DNA from: Octopus bimaculoides
Lineage: Eukaryota
Assembly (NCBI RefSeq): GCF_001194135.2
Contig: NC_068985.1
Location: 92,784,375-92,848,374 of the forward strand
Reading direction: 5' to 3'
Length of the DNA: 64,000 nucleotides
The position numbers and the translations under genes are program-made. Shown in pieces: positions 38,019 through 51,642 of this stretch (position 1 is the stretch's first letter; every line of letters begins with the position of its first letter). Under the pieces are notes generated by a model. That model saw only the letters and a list, made by a program, of their open reading frames with translations. It did no database searches and was not told the DNA's origin.

Positions 38019-40749
38019 TTGTTTAGATTCATATTCTTCTCTGTTTCTAAATTCTTGAATTGTCAGTATCTGTTTATAATCAGAAATTTTGAAAATTTAC
38101 TATTTGGCATACAATACATAAAGCATGCCATAGTACCTGGTGCTAATATAACAATGTGTAATCTCATTTCCTTTCACTATTGCTTATGCTTGACTGATAT
38201 TTTATACCTAAGTTATCTTCAAAGATAGAGGAAAATAACTTTCCAAAATACCTTAAAAGCATAACAACAATTACCAAGTTCTCTTATCACGTGATTAGAA
38301 ACTGAATGACTTTACCAAATGTTTAGCAAGGTAATGTATACAAAGGGAAATTACAACAGCCATGTTGATATGTGAATATGTAGCATATCATTTGCACTGC
38401 ATTTATTTTATGATAGTGAGGCCAGATGTTTGGTGTAACTCGGAATGTATTTGTAGGATCACAACTACACATGTATAGCATGTGAGAATATATAATTGTG
38501 TTCATATGCTATCAAGTAAATTATAAATGTGAGAAAAAAAAAATTCCCTTTACATATAAATGTAGAACCTAGGTAAAAGTAACCTAGATTTTCTAACACA
38601 AGTTATCAATTTCTGTGTCTCTGCAAATATAGATTCTATTGGATGTCAAATGAAATAATCACTTAGGTTTCTAAAGGTTTCCTATTATCAATTATTTGGT
38701 CAATCTTCAATACTTGCTAAGTGATTTTACTTGAGTGACCTCATGTTAAAATCTACTACCATTGAATACATTGGGATTTTTAATTAAGAGTTTCTCTGGA
38801 AGTGAGCTTTTACTTAATATACTTCTATCAAACTGTATTTTGCTACACAGTTGCTGCAACATAGATGAGTGTGCTGGAATGTAGTAAATTTAGTAACATG
38901 GAGAAAGAAAATATCGAAAAGAAACTATATTCATATTAAATATCAACACTAGCATTTATAATTTTGTATTATCAGCCTTGTCAAATTATAGTTATTAGTG
39001 TCTAGTATGGTTATTATTTCCTGCTTAGTGAAATTAGCTCAGATAAATATCATTGTTCGAAGCATGTTTCTGCTTAAACTTTGCTGTTGTAACATTTATT
39101 TTGTAGTTGTAAGGTATGAAAAATAAATTTTTCTAAGTTTAAAAAATAATTTCATTACTATATTTATTTGAGTATAATATGTATTCGTACATTATGTGTG
39201 CCCCTAATTATGAGCAATGAAGCCTTGGGGAAAAAACATCTCTTGTGTGTAATATACACTCACATTTCCTGAGCATCATTTCATGTTATCAGAAGTTAAT
39301 GACAAATGTTCTGATGTATAGACAGGTATGTTTAGTCAAAGTTAATACATTTGCTGAATGAAATAGTATTTACATCATAACTATTATATTGATAAAACTT
39401 ACATCATAAACTCTATAGAAAAGTGACCTTTGAACTTTATTAGTTGATGTTATGAAATGTACCTACTGTAAAATCAGCATGTAAAAAATCAATCATACGT
39501 TTTTCTCTACAAAATCAAATTGATTTTGATATTGAAGGTGTACATAAAGTTTATATACAATTTTATCATTCAGTTCCTACAGTGATGCAACATGGTCTTG
39601 TAACGGGATGTTCTCATATACATTTTTATTACATAAAGATGTTGTCATTCTTGTATATGACATCTAAGTAAATGTTGTACGTAAGTGTAGAGAAGTAGAA
39701 AATAGTCTTGGATATAGAAAGAAATGGAAACCAGTCACCTGGCTGTTATTTTGGATGTTCTGAATTAAGTATCGCACTCTGGTGCTCAAACGATTTCAAA
39801 ATGTAATCCATATCAGATTTGAAGAAGGCAAACGAAAGGATATCAGCAACATTTTTTGGAATAAGTGACTAAGCAGGTAAAGGAATAAAGGCTAATATGC
39901 ATTGGGAGTTAGTACATCTCACTCAAAAGCACTAGAAATCACAAAGATGGGGGTCACAGGCTCAACTTAGATGAGGTCAGTGGTTTATGGAGTGGATAAG
40001 CATGATCTTTATTTCATGCCTGTTCCCCATAGTACAAAAAACAAAAAAAAACCTGATTTCAAAAGTAACTTAATGGAGCTTCAGCATGTTATTGTTAGAT
40101 ATGGGGAAGCCATGGTGTATGAGCTGTCACAGATTGGAGATGTAAATCAGATCTTGCTGAATTTTGACATTTCCAGCCCGCTGATGGTTGATTTCAAGGG
40201 CCACCAGTAAGGCACAATTAAAACTATAACTGGAAGAGTAATGCTGTTACTTTTTTATTGATTAATGTAAAAAAAAAAAAAAAATAACATCACCACTGTA
40301 TATTATCTCAAGTGAAAAACCTTGCCCAATATGACAATCCTGAAAAGAAAAGATGTTTATAAAAAAGGGATTGATGTAGCGGTTGCACAAAGGTAGTTCA
40401 AAATGGTTTAGGGGAGGTGTCCAGGGGGTCTAACTGAAATAGTTACCCTTACTATTCTTCAGTGCATTTAAATGCCGTCCATTGGGTGTCGGCATTAACA
40501 AAATGTCCCAGTTTATGCTTGCGACCAGTGGAACCTTTGAGTGACAGAAACATACAAGAGCATCACTAGAACAAGCTGCATTCACAGACCCTGAGTGTTG
40601 ATACCGAAAGCCTTGAAGAATATCTTGGAAACTGTCATTGCAAAGAATAAATTGGTTATGCTTCTACAATACGCAAGATATTTTAAGATTTATTATTTTT
40701 TTAATATAATTCCCAATAATTTTGAATTATAGAAATATGATGGGATATT

Positions 40750-40835
40750 TTTAAACATGGAGTGGCTATAAGGGTCCAATGAAGTCAAAAAGGAATCAAA
40801 AAGGCTCATAAGCAAGAAGTGGTTGCAAACCACTG
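40750..40835. mobile_element. One end of a hAT-type MITE
   Basis: ggttgcaaaccactg (reverse complement cagtggtttgcaacc) resembles hAT/Charlie TIRs. Partner TIR not found. Confidence 0.35.
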
Positions 40836-41736
40836 ATGTAGATGGTGATCACATAGCCTATCTTTGATATAAATGCCATTGAAACAGATTTCTTTGGCTC
40901 TATTCAAGCAGATGTCTTCATTTTCCATTTTTGAAGCATAATTCATTGTGTATCTGAATGAGAGCTGAGTAGATACATTGTAAGCAAAATGAAACAAATT
41001 GTTATGAATAGACCACATTTTTCATTGTCATTTCCATTTTGGTAGACCATTTAAAATAACCATGTGTTGATTAACTGTTATATGCAGTAATTCTCCCTCG
41101 ATATTGTGCAATAAAGTTTACCTCCAACTGTGATAGACATGAAGTTACCAACTAAAAACAAACTTTTTTTTAAATTACAGAATTTGATAATGAAGTTCAC
41201 TGCTGAAAAATATTAGTTTATCTGCTTAAAATAACGTTTCATAGTTGATTTTTTTTAAGCTGTTTAAAAGCAGCAGCTTTTTGTGTGGATGTTGAAATTT
41301 TTCCCCAGATATTATCCATAGAATAATTAGGCACACTTGTATTCAGGTGACATAAAACTGTAATATTATCTGATTCTGATATTGAGAATCAGCAAATTTG
41401 AAAACTATTTTATTTCTACAGTTATATTTATTTCAATATATATATATTTGAATTTCTACGATAAGATCAAAAGTTCTTTTTGTTTTATTTTATCTTTTTT
41501 TTTTTTGGCTTCCATTTTCCAATGTATTAATCTCATATTTTGTGTTCCTTTCTTTTTAATTAATGTTTGTATGTGTGACTTTTGTGATTACCTTCACATG
41601 TGCATGTTTCTGATAAAGTTGAGATCACTGGAAATCTATCACCAACACCATCCATCTCTCGTTACATGCTAGTATGGTTTTGTTAGGCGATTACAGCCTG
41701 TGCATCATTTCTTATTCAGAGTTACAGTTTCCATAG

Positions 41737-41887
41737 ATGCATAACCACGTCTTATTTGACATGGCATCTATTTACCAGTTACTTGACAGTATACTGGAGC
41801 CATTGCACAAATACTGTATTAGTGAAAAAGATCCTTGCTATAAATTCTTTCTAAGCAAAATTAAGATCCTTGAAGATGAATTGGAAA
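41737..41887 (+). CDS. Candidate exon (phase 0-1), product unknown
   Basis: tttccatag | MHNHVLFDMASIYQLLDSILEPLHKYCISEKDPCYKFFLSKIKILEDELE | gtgaat; protein-like composition; lies in a 70-codon ORF. Confidence 0.35.
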
Positions 41888-42029
41888 GTGAATTTGCCAA
41901 AATATCAAGAGTGAAGCTAGTGCTGTCATGGTTTTATGGCAGAGCTTGATCTTATACTGACTATATTACTTTATGTTCATTTTATTCAACTTTATTGAAC
42001 ACATTTCTCATGTCTTTATTGTTGCAGTC

Positions 42030-42290
42030 AATATTCTTTTCTACTCTAGGCACAAAGTCTGAAATATTTGGGGTGGGGTCAGTCGATTAGATCGACCTTA
42101 GCACACAACTGGTACTTAATTCATTGACCCTGAAAGTATGAAAGGCAAAGCCAACTGAGTCTCCCTGAGAACTACGTTGGGGGTACACGTGTCTGTGGAT
42201 TGCTCAGTCACTTGCATGTTAACTTCACGAGCAAGCTCTTCTGTTGATCGTATCAGCTGGGACCCTTGTCACCGTAACCGATGGAATACT
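42030..42290. mobile_element. Family-3 SINE 3' half (minus) abutting another CpG-retaining repeat
   Basis: agtcgattagatcgacc..ctggtactta..ttgaccctgaaagtatgaaaggcaaag is the reverse complement of the 19590 module. 42150-42290 is a distinct repeat-like segment. Confidence 0.55.
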
Positions 42291-44609
42291 CCTTACATAA
42301 TATATGCATAACTTATACATATATATATTCTTTGTTAATCTTATTGCTTGTTTATTCATTGGCAAAAGAATTTTGAATGGTTATTTGCTTATTTGTCGAT
42401 TGGTCTGCAAAATGGTTTTAAAAATCTATATATTCTTTCAAAAGTCCTCTTCCATCTGAAGACCAGTTGCATGAAACTTAGAGTAACAGTTTGTGAAGAT
42501 CTTCAGCTTCCACAAAAATCCCTCATTCTGTCCCTCCTCTGTTTTGCCTTCTTTCTATCTTTACCCAGACCTACATGTGTAACATTCTCAAAGCAATAGA
42601 GAAGATATGTGTTTTCGTGCACACTTATATATGTTCTTCTCTTTATCTATCTATATGTTGTGTGTGTGTGTGTGTGTGTGTGTGAAAGGCTCAGCTTGTG
42701 TTTAATCTTACTAAATAGCTTGTGACTTTAAGTATATCAAACCTGAGGAGATCTAATCGGATTTGTTCTGCTCTGAATGCCAGATTTACATTATATTTGA
42801 AGGGCTGTAACTTCAGAATTACTTTTCTCCAACACTAGATATATAAAAAATAAATAATTAAAAAAAGCAATAGAAGCAGGGTAAACTTGGTCTTCAACTT
42901 AATGTGGAGGTTGTGTTAGAAATAGAATACCTTGAGAGGGTCTGTCATAAGGACACGTGGTGCATAAAAGCACGCATAATTATGCTGTTGAGAGATGAGA
43001 ATTGTCTGCTACGGCTGACAGAATTGCCAGATCACATGATTTCACTCTGCAGTGGGTTCCTCAGTGACAGATATCCAGCAGTATAATCTTAGGACCTTCA
43101 GCTCCTGATTTTTTTCATTTTTATCACATTTTTATAGCATTTTTCAAGTGCAATTCCCTGTCAAACGTAATATTTTCCTTCTTACCTGTATCATATTGTT
43201 TCTGAATTACTAACCCCCTAAAACATTTGCATTTCCTATGGTTTATAAAAATTTATGTATCCTGTATTTCTTCTTTCAAACCCCTTCTTTTTTTTTTAAT
43301 GCCTGGAGGATTTTCTTGTTGCTAATCACTTTACACCATAAACTTTGTGCATTATGTGTGTCTGCTGCATTTTACATACAGCTTGAAACCCTTTCTCAGC
43401 TATTGACTGGAAATTACAAACTTTTGGCACCTTCCAACAGTGTTACTTACTCCAGCTGCGAAACATTGATCGTCTCAGAGAATGTTGGTGTTCTTTTGGT
43501 CCACATTATAGCAAGCTTTGCGCACACACACACATGTCTGTATATTTATGTATGTATATCTATGTATACATATGTATGTATAAATGTTTGAGTGTGTGTA
43601 TATATACATGTAATATGCATGTGTGTATACATATATGTAATATGCATGTATACAAATATGAAGATTATATAAAAGTATACGAAAATAGAGGCTATCATTT
43701 ATAGAAAAATGCCAAAATATTTTAAAAGTCTTCAGTTTCAGTATAATTAATCCATAATTATCCCTAATTAGCCAAGCTCTTTAATGAATTTTCATTATAC
43801 CAAAGAGATATGGCCAATGGAGAATGAAGATTATATACAGAATGTAATTCATAAAGCAGATGAACTTTTGGTACATTCATTTATATATTTCTCCAGTATT
43901 GAAGAATATTCATAAAAAAGAATTGAGGTGGAAAAGGGAAAAATGTGTGTTTTCCATTTGTTTATTTTGAATACCTTGTTCTCATTCAGCAATGGAGGAT
44001 TTCTATTGAAATTTTGTAAAACTGAAATATAATCCATCAAAATAATTAACCTTTTGGGGGAAACCTTTTTACAACCTGTGTCAAGCTATTTTGAAATGTT
44101 AATGTGCAGTGTGTGTGTATGTGCAACATGCTACCAGTTTCTGTATGATATTAATTTGCAATGCATTCCCAGTTCCCTTTCACATATATTTCTAACAATT
44201 TTCTCCCTATGATTGTTTTGTTGTCATCTTTCTGATGGTAAATCTAGCGAATAACTTCCCTTTCTTCATAATCTCTACCTAAATTCTTTACTACTCTTAT
44301 CTGGGATTTTTAGCTAGATTTAATCTTATTGCTGTAACATGGTGGTTTGAATAATTTTGCATTTAGGAAATAGGATTTCAGTTAACAGCTTAGTGCATAG
44401 TTTGGTTAAGTCACCTTCTACGAGGCACCAGTATACTTACAACCACCTACTGGGATTTTCCACAACCTGTTTTCATAATTTTCTGGAAATCAATTTGTTT
44501 ATTCTTATGTTTAAATGCAGTTCAGTAGAAAGCATCTAAACATTTGTATCTGTATGCATTTAAAATTGGGATCAAAAGGGAAAAATCCTTATAGTATAGA
44601 TGCAGTGCA

Positions 44610-44677
<68 letters not shown>
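44610..44677. repeat. (ATT)n microsatellite
   Basis: Directly visible. Confidence 0.97.
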
Positions 44678-44747
44678 CATGGTGCTATAGTTACTGTTCA
44701 GTCTTGCAAGTATTGTCAATGTATATACACACACACATACATCGACT

Positions 44748-45195
44748 ATTATCATCATCATTATCAGCATAGATCCATTTTTCTCGCTTGTATGGATTAG
44801 ACAAGTCTTCTCCAACACAGCATCCTATCATTTTGCTTTGTCATCTGTTTTAATGTTCAACATTCCCAGCATCCGCTCCTTTCACTTCTTCTGCCTGTAT
44901 TTTCATAGATTATTCTCTTCAACTTATTCCCTCCATGTGACTCTCCTTGCACTTTGTTGCCCATTTGTCATCCCCCATACACTTGTGTTGCGCCAATGCA
45001 TTTGCCTTTCTTGTGCACTACATCTGATCCTTCTAAAACCCAGTTTTTCTCTCAGATCATCTGCCCCTTATCATTCACATACACTGACATTACATATTCA
45101 GTGGATCGTGTTCACTTTATTCCTTTCTGGCCTTCACTCATCCTCTACATTCAGTGCTCATGTTTCAATACCATACAATATCACAATTTGTGTTG
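44748..45195 (-). mobile_element. RTE LINE 3' end with (TGA/TAA)n tail
   Basis: Minus strand: LYGIET*ALNVEDE..ICNVSV..DLREKLGFRRIRCSAQERQMHW..VLEKT (cf. LYGSETWA..WMCNVSV..LREKLGIRGIRC.VQERRLRW), then the tail ccatacaagcgagaaaaatgga..(tga)n. Confidence 0.75.
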
Positions 45196-45314
45196 AAGTT
45201 TTGTTCGATTTACCTTTTGGGTCCCCTGGTACTAAGAAAATATGCAAAATGAACTCTTTTAAATGTTGACATGGCCTGTTAAATAACTGGTGACTCTTAT
45301 CTAGATTAATTAGC

Positions 45315-45790
45315 AGTGGAGGTGAATGCACTGAAAGGAAAGTAGCCAGACAAAAGTAGTGGAGAAAAGGGGTTTTCACAAAGAATACAGGTTTCTCTTC
45401 CTCAGTGATTAGCAGATTGTGTGAGGTTTTTCTGAGGCAAGGTGTTACACTAAATGTGGTGAGACTTGGGCCTTAAAGATAGATTAATTGCTAAAACTAA
45501 AAAGAATGGAGGTGAGCAGCTCTGCTGAATATGGTAAAATTTGGGAAAGAAAATTGGGGAGAGAAGAATCAGATGTGGTGTCAAAGAAACTACAATAAGC
45601 ATGCAATATGTATAGAAAAATACTTCTGTATAAAGATGAAAGTGTGAAACGTAGAAAGACTTGAGATGAAAACTGATCTCAAAGATGGTGAACTCTGTGA
45701 AGGAGGTGACAAAGGACTATAAAGATTAGTTAAGATGTAGTGCTTGAGAAGATCCACTCTTCTGTTGAAGCATAACAAAAGGATGCTTAA
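45315..45790 (+). mobile_element. RTE LINE 3' remnant, opposite orientation
   Basis: GGGECT, GETWA, gaaaattggggagagaagaatcagatgtggtgtc and gtagtgcttgagaagatcc: the same RTE region as 44748-45195. Confidence 0.5.
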
Positions 45791-46145
45791 GCAGTTATGA
45801 CAAAGGCTGAGGTACACCACTACATCTATGGCACTCTCACCTCTTCCTTTCATTCACCCTTTATCTGCTGCCCCTATCTTGCAAGATACAACACAGTCTC
45901 AATGGTGCTAATACCAGAAGACAATACACCAAGTGCAATTTGTAAGGTTGTTTGTGAATGAAGGAGAGACGATAAGGTTGAAGCAAACTCTTTAATCTTA
46001 CAAGGATGTGAGACCCGCTTTAGTGTTGGTGCCAGTGTACAGTTCACCCTATAAAACCTTAAAAGTGATCGGCAAATATGTGGAGACAGTTTAGAGTTGA
46101 ATGGACCCTTTTTTCTCTTGTGTTGTAGCCATGGTAAAACACACC

Positions 46146-46341
46146 CACTCATTCACTTGATTGATGATAGGAAGGGTATGTGTTGAAAACATGCCAAATA
46201 CTGGGGCGTTGGAGTATGATATTATGCTCTAACTTGTCTAGGAAGGTAGTGATTATGAATAAGATTGTACTTGAACCTTGATGGGTTGTACTGCCCATAC
46301 CAACATGGAAACCAGTCCTACATCGATGTTGATGATGATGA
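46146..46341 (+). mobile_element. Diverged RTE-tailed element
   Basis: ataggaagggtat.. and cccataccaacatggaaa..(gat)n. Confidence 0.5.
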
Positions 46342-46548
46342 TGTATATTCATAAATAGGCTGTCATATACCCCAAACTTCACGGCCATTACTTAACACTA
46401 CAGCCATGAAAGGAAATCCCTTAACTGTTCAAACAGCTAACGACATGCAGTGGTTAGTTTCTCTTAATTAGGTGATGTAATTATACAACTATCCACATTA
46501 TTGGAAAGAGGTTCAGAGAGCACTTGTCTGCCTTAGTAATAGAAAGTA

Positions 46549-46594
<46 letters not shown>

Positions 46595-48270
46595 TACACT
46601 GTATATGAAATGCACTGTAGGCAGCATATACATGGAATATGTGAAATGGTAATGAAACCTGGGTATTGGATGTTGATCTTCAGAAGGAGTTGAAAAAAAA
46701 AAATAACTTGACTTGATCCATTTGATGTGAAACATTAACCATGAAAGGCTGAGTGAGAGAGTCAATAGGATAGCTTTACAATATTAACACCATCAGTTGT
46801 GTATAGAAGAAATAACCTCACTGGTATGGACATGTTATAAGAATGGATAATAAGTACTGGGTGAAACCTAGTGGAATGCTGTTGGTAAAGTGAATATATG
46901 CACAAGGAAGACAATATGCAGAGATAAGTGGTGAGGCTAGTCAGATTTTAGAATACTTAATGTCTTATGTGGGACAGCAAAAAATGATGAGCGGTGATAA
47001 CCTTTATAACAGTTCAGTCTAATCATTGCTATCAATGAGAAGCAGACAAAATTATAAAACATAATGCTTTGACGTTATATTTTATAATTTCTGTAAACAT
47101 AACTATCATTTTAAATTACAGGGTGTTGGGTTAAACTTTTTATGGATGCACGTACAAAGAGTTATATTTCTTAGTTATTTCATGACAGATGCTGTTTGAA
47201 TTTAGTGTAATGATCATATGATTTTCTTAAATGTACCTCTTGATAACTGACTGATATATAAAATTCTATTTTGATTTTCTATAGTGTTATCTATTTTTCT
47301 TTGCTTTTGTACAATGTACAATAGGCTAGTCACTACAGGATTATAGCTATTTATTGTTTTAATTTCAGTGCACGATTTCTGTAAAAACAAATCTTTTTGA
47401 AGAAAGATTATGGTTTCCCACGAAATATTCATGGATTATTATTTTCTAATGTCATTTTCGATATATTATCTTTTCTTGTGCTCATATTGTTTTTGTTCTC
47501 ACACTATATTTTAGAGTTCTAGTGACATAAGACATTGGATGGAAAATATTTATTTGAATTATATGCTGAAATTCAACATTCAATCTAAGCTGAAATATGA
47601 TGCCAAAATCCTTCTCAGTTATTTAAGTAGAAGACTGTCTACTTTTCGTTTATCTTCTGGTTGCCTAGAGTATCTTTCATTGAATTTGTAAACTGGTTCA
47701 ATGGTATTTTCTATTGATATTAGCTTAAATGGTACATATAAAGACAGGGGTGGGGGAAAGACTGTAATGATTATTGGGAATAGAAACCATTGGCTTGTAA
47801 CAAGTCTTGTAGGTAATAGATTGTTGAAGTTAACATCACAAATTGAAATCGATTTAGTAATGCAGTTTTTGTAGAAAATCTCTTTGAGATTATTCTGCCT
47901 ACATTGAATCAGTGCAAAAGTAACTTTGCTATTGAAAATTATGACCTTATCATTATCCTTGTACATATGCTGGACTCTTCTAATGTTGCATTCATGTATA
48001 CCTGACTTTCTTGATACCCATTAAGCAAGAAAGCATGAGACCCTGCATATGTCTTTTCACTGTCGACGAATGTAAAATAAAGTTGCTGGTTACCAAGGAT
48101 TTTGTTTGCTCTTTTTGCTAGCCAATATGGAAATAAATAGGAACATTTCTGTGGTTACACAGCAAGTAACATAGTAAAAGAAAACAAGCTGAGTTAAGTT
48201 TTTGGAGTTCAATCCAGTTATCAGAACAAGAATCACATCGCTATTGAAATAACAATTGTAAACAATGTAA

Positions 48271-48680
48271 AGGCGTAGGAGTGGCTGTGTGGTAAGTAGC
48301 TTGCTAATGAACCACATGGTTCTGGGTTCAGTCCCACTGCATGGCACCTTGGGCAAGTGTCTTCTACTATAGCCTCAGGCCGACCAAACCCTGTGAGTGG
48401 ATTTGGTAGACGGAAACTGAAAGAAGCCTGTCGTATATATATGTATATGTTTGTGTGTGTGTGTGTGTTTGTGTGTCTGTGTTTGTCCCCCCCCAACATC
48501 GCTTGACAACCGATGGTGGTGTGTTTACATCCCCGTAACTTAGCGGCTTGGCAAAAGAGACCGATAGAATAAGTACTAGGCTTACAAAGAATAAGTCCTG
48601 GGGTCGATTTGCTCGACTAAAGGTGGTGCTCCAGCATGGCCACAGTCAAATGACTGAAGCAAGTAAAAGAGTAAAAGAGT
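48271..48680 (+). mobile_element. Family-1 SINE, full length (410 bp reference copy)
   Basis: A-box tggctgtgtgg, B-box ggttcagtcc, central (TA/TG)n, 3' module ggggtcgatttgctcgacta and (gtaaaaga)2 tail. Confidence 0.95.
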
Positions 48681-50124
48681 GAATGCAACTGAAGAAAGTA
48701 AAGTCGTTTTATATCCAAAGTAAAGTATATTTGAAGAGAAATACAAATGACATTGAGGTAATTTGGTAGATTTTTAATTAATAACGAAGCAAAGAAGACA
48801 GGAGAGTGTAAGGAAGGAGAGAGACATTGTATCCCTAAAAAAAGGTAAAGGAAGAATGGCATGGGTGGGTGGGTATGTGAATTTACTCAGTGGAGCGAAA
48901 GAAATGTGAATGGCATTTGAACTATTTTACATATGATTCTCTCTTCACCCCCATCTGAAATGTTTCCATTTCTGTTTGTACTGTGTGATACAAAAGTTGG
49001 TCTGAAAAGAATAACATTGGCCACTGTTCAAAATATCTAGAAGGTCAGAGTCAAAGACTCAGTGTACCATGTATGATTCTATTTGTTTATATAAGGAGTA
49101 TTTTAAGGTCAATGTCACTTATTCAGTGAGTCACAAACTAATAATCTTTCAAAACATCTCAAGTGCCAGAATTTGGAATTTTTACCAGTAGTTCATAACT
49201 CTTATAATTTAAAAAAAATATAAATAAATAAAATTGAGTGTGTATGTGTTTTTGTGTACTATCAACTTTTGGATTTCGAATAGAAAGGCTGAGATGGCCT
49301 GAATATCTGGTATTAAAGAATGAGAATTAAGTAAATGTCATCTATTAAATGGTGGCCAATAAAACATAACTGGAAAGACTTTGTTTAAAATTTTAGGTGC
49401 AAATCTTGCTTGAAGAATTAATAGAAAACTTGACAGGCATGTAATGAAATACATGCCAACTATTAAGTTCAGCTATTCAACATATGGAAATATACTAACC
49501 ATCAGATCTATATATTTCTCTTTCTTACACTTCATACCTTCATTTGTAATTTTCTCTCCCTTTTTCCTAGACTTTTTTTCCTTTTTCTCAACACTCATCT
49601 CTTATCTATTTTCACACTCAACACTTACCCTTTTTGTTACACTATTTTTATTGCTTTCCATTTATTTCCCATTACACCTTGCATCTTCCTGTGTTCTTTT
49701 TATTTTATTTATTTATTTATTTCTTGAATTTTTTGGTTTTCTAGTTGTCCTTGCTGTCCATTCTGCTCTTATATTTTTCTATGAAAATATTCAATATAAC
49801 CTTCTTTATATTAACATTAACAATGTACATATTTCTATGTACTACAGGTTTTGCTATTATACATACGTATGCATGTGTGCACATGTGCACGCGCGCACAC
49901 ACACACACACACACATTACACACACAATTTGTGTTTTTAGATATGAGTTTTCAATACATCTTAATAATAGTCATTGCTTTTGCCTGTTTTTATAATCTTA
50001 TTTTATATTTGCATTTTCATTCTTGAGTATTGTGGAGGAAAACACATTCATTGTCCTCAGACATGGTTTCTTAAGAGTGTCATGTAGATATAATTTGCTT
50101 CATGTCCTATATAATTCAACTTAG

Positions 50125-50173
50125 GATTAATTCAATCTGCAGCGAGACTTGATGATAAAAATACAGGCTGGAA
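50125..50173 (+). CDS. Candidate small exon (phase 1-2)
   Basis: ttcaacttag | LIQSAARLDDKNTGW | AA gtaaga. Confidence 0.22.
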
Positions 50174-50244
50174 GTAAGATGCTTAAAAATGTGCCAGTCG
50201 ACTGTTGCCATCAGTAAAACTAAATTGTGCCAGCCAACAAAAGG

Positions 50245-50638
50245 TACCGTAAATCCTCGACTATAGTCCGCCCTTGAGTATAATATGCAGGGGATTTTTA
50301 GGGGGCTGTACCTCTGAAAAACCTAAACCTTGTGTATAATACGCACCCCTTCTCTAACTTGAGTCAAGGAGATCTATATAACGTTCTTGGTTTGTAAACG
50401 TATATACGGTAATGTCCTTTATTATAATTGTATATAAGCTTTTTTGTGCACTTTGTAGAAAATAAAGAAATAACAGTAATAATCTCAGTGAAAAATAAAT
50501 ATTAAGTAAATTGCCTTTACATATTTATCACTTAGAAAACTTTCCTTAGAAATTATTTTTCATTTTTAACCTTGTATATAGTACGCACTAGAAATTTTAC
50601 CTTTAAATTTTGGGGAAAAATTGCGGATTATCCTCGAG
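50245..50638. mobile_element. Tigger/pogo-type MITE, right end truncated
   Basis: Left end taccgtaaatcctcgactatagtccgc; right end gcggattatcctcgag is its inverted partner, broken off before a microsatellite. Confidence 0.7.
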
Positions 50639-50646
50639 CTGTAGAA

Positions 50647-50677
<31 letters not shown>

Positions 50678-50727
50678 GTGCATGCACACATGCACACACA
50701 CTCTAACATTTCAACACCAATAATTTT

Positions 50728-51200
50728 CATTATTTACAAATGACGGATATTTGTCTTCATCTTGTTTGTTGTTAACACAACGTTTTGGCTGATATACCCT
50801 CCAGCCTTCATCAGGTGTCTTGGGGAAATTTCGAACTTGTGTTCTCATTCTTAATGTATTTTTCAATATTATTATTATTATTATTATTATTCAGGTCACT
50901 GCTTGGAATCAAACTTGAAATTTTGGGGTTAGTAGCCCGTGCTCTTAACCACTACCCCATATGCCCGTGGGCAATTATGGAGTGAATTTTAGGGCTTATA
51001 AATCTAATATTTTGCTATCCTTCCTTAATTCTGGTTCCCATATGCCATTCATATCTGCACTCGGTCTGCTTAGCACTTTGGCGTATACTAACATATATGC
51101 TGCTTCTTTTAGCTTTCATATTTTCCAGTGGTGTTTTCTGTCTATTATTTTGACTTCATCCCACTGGGAGATAATAATTTTCTCTATCCTTCATCACCCT
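50728..51200 (-). mobile_element. Penelope-like element 3' portion: GIY-YIG C-terminus, tRNA-like segment and hammerhead motif
   Basis: 51163-50998 (minus) encodes WDEVKIIDRKHHWKI*KLKEAAYMLVYAKVLSRPSADMNGIWEPELRK (one CGA>TGA-type stop), immediately followed by the family-2 unit (50972-50728). Confidence 0.7.
50775..50818 (-). ncRNA. Minimal hammerhead ribozyme motif (mutated copy)
   Basis: acac-ctgatga-a-ggctg-gagggtatat-cagcc-aaaa-cgtt-gtgt; G12 is mutated to A. Confidence 0.6.
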
Positions 51201-51391
51201 GGTTCCTTCTGGCCCCTGTTATATAATGGGAGTAACCAAATGGCTCGACTACAGTTTTGACCACTTCTTTCATACCTCTCATCTGTTAGCATGAAGCCAC
51301 TTTCTCCTCTGCTATAGTCCCACTTAATTTAGGGGGAACTTAGTTTAGTGAGTTCTATGGTGACTTCAATAACGCTGGTCCCATGGAAAAA

Positions 51392-51560
51392 AAAAAAAAG
51401 CATCTTGTGCACTCGGTAAAGTGGTTGGTGTCACTAAGTGCATCTAACCATAGAAATCTTACCAAAGAAGATATTGGAACTCAATGCAGTTTTCAGACCT
51501 GATGGATCCTGTCAGACCTTCCAATCCATAGCAGCATCAAAGATGGATACATGAATGCTA
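51392..51560 (+). mobile_element. Diverged RTE-tailed element
   Basis: aaaaagcatc..cactcggtaaagtggttggtgtc..aatccatagcagcat..gatgga. Confidence 0.5.
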
Positions 51561-51561
51561 A

Positions 51562-51597
51562 AGCGGATTTTACACACACACATACACACACACACAC

Positions 51598-51640
<43 letters not shown>
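51562..51640. repeat. (CA)n compound microsatellite
   Basis: Directly visible. Confidence 0.95.

Positions 51641-51642
<2 letters not shown>

Noticed and set aside
47619-47966. 115-aa minus-strand ORF
   Set aside because: No recognisable motif, no supporting minus-strand exon context, and length attainable by chance.
49444-49995. Longest ORF (183 aa)
   Set aside because: A Phe/Leu/Ser-rich reading of a pyrimidine-rich tract plus a CA repeat; no protein-like signal.
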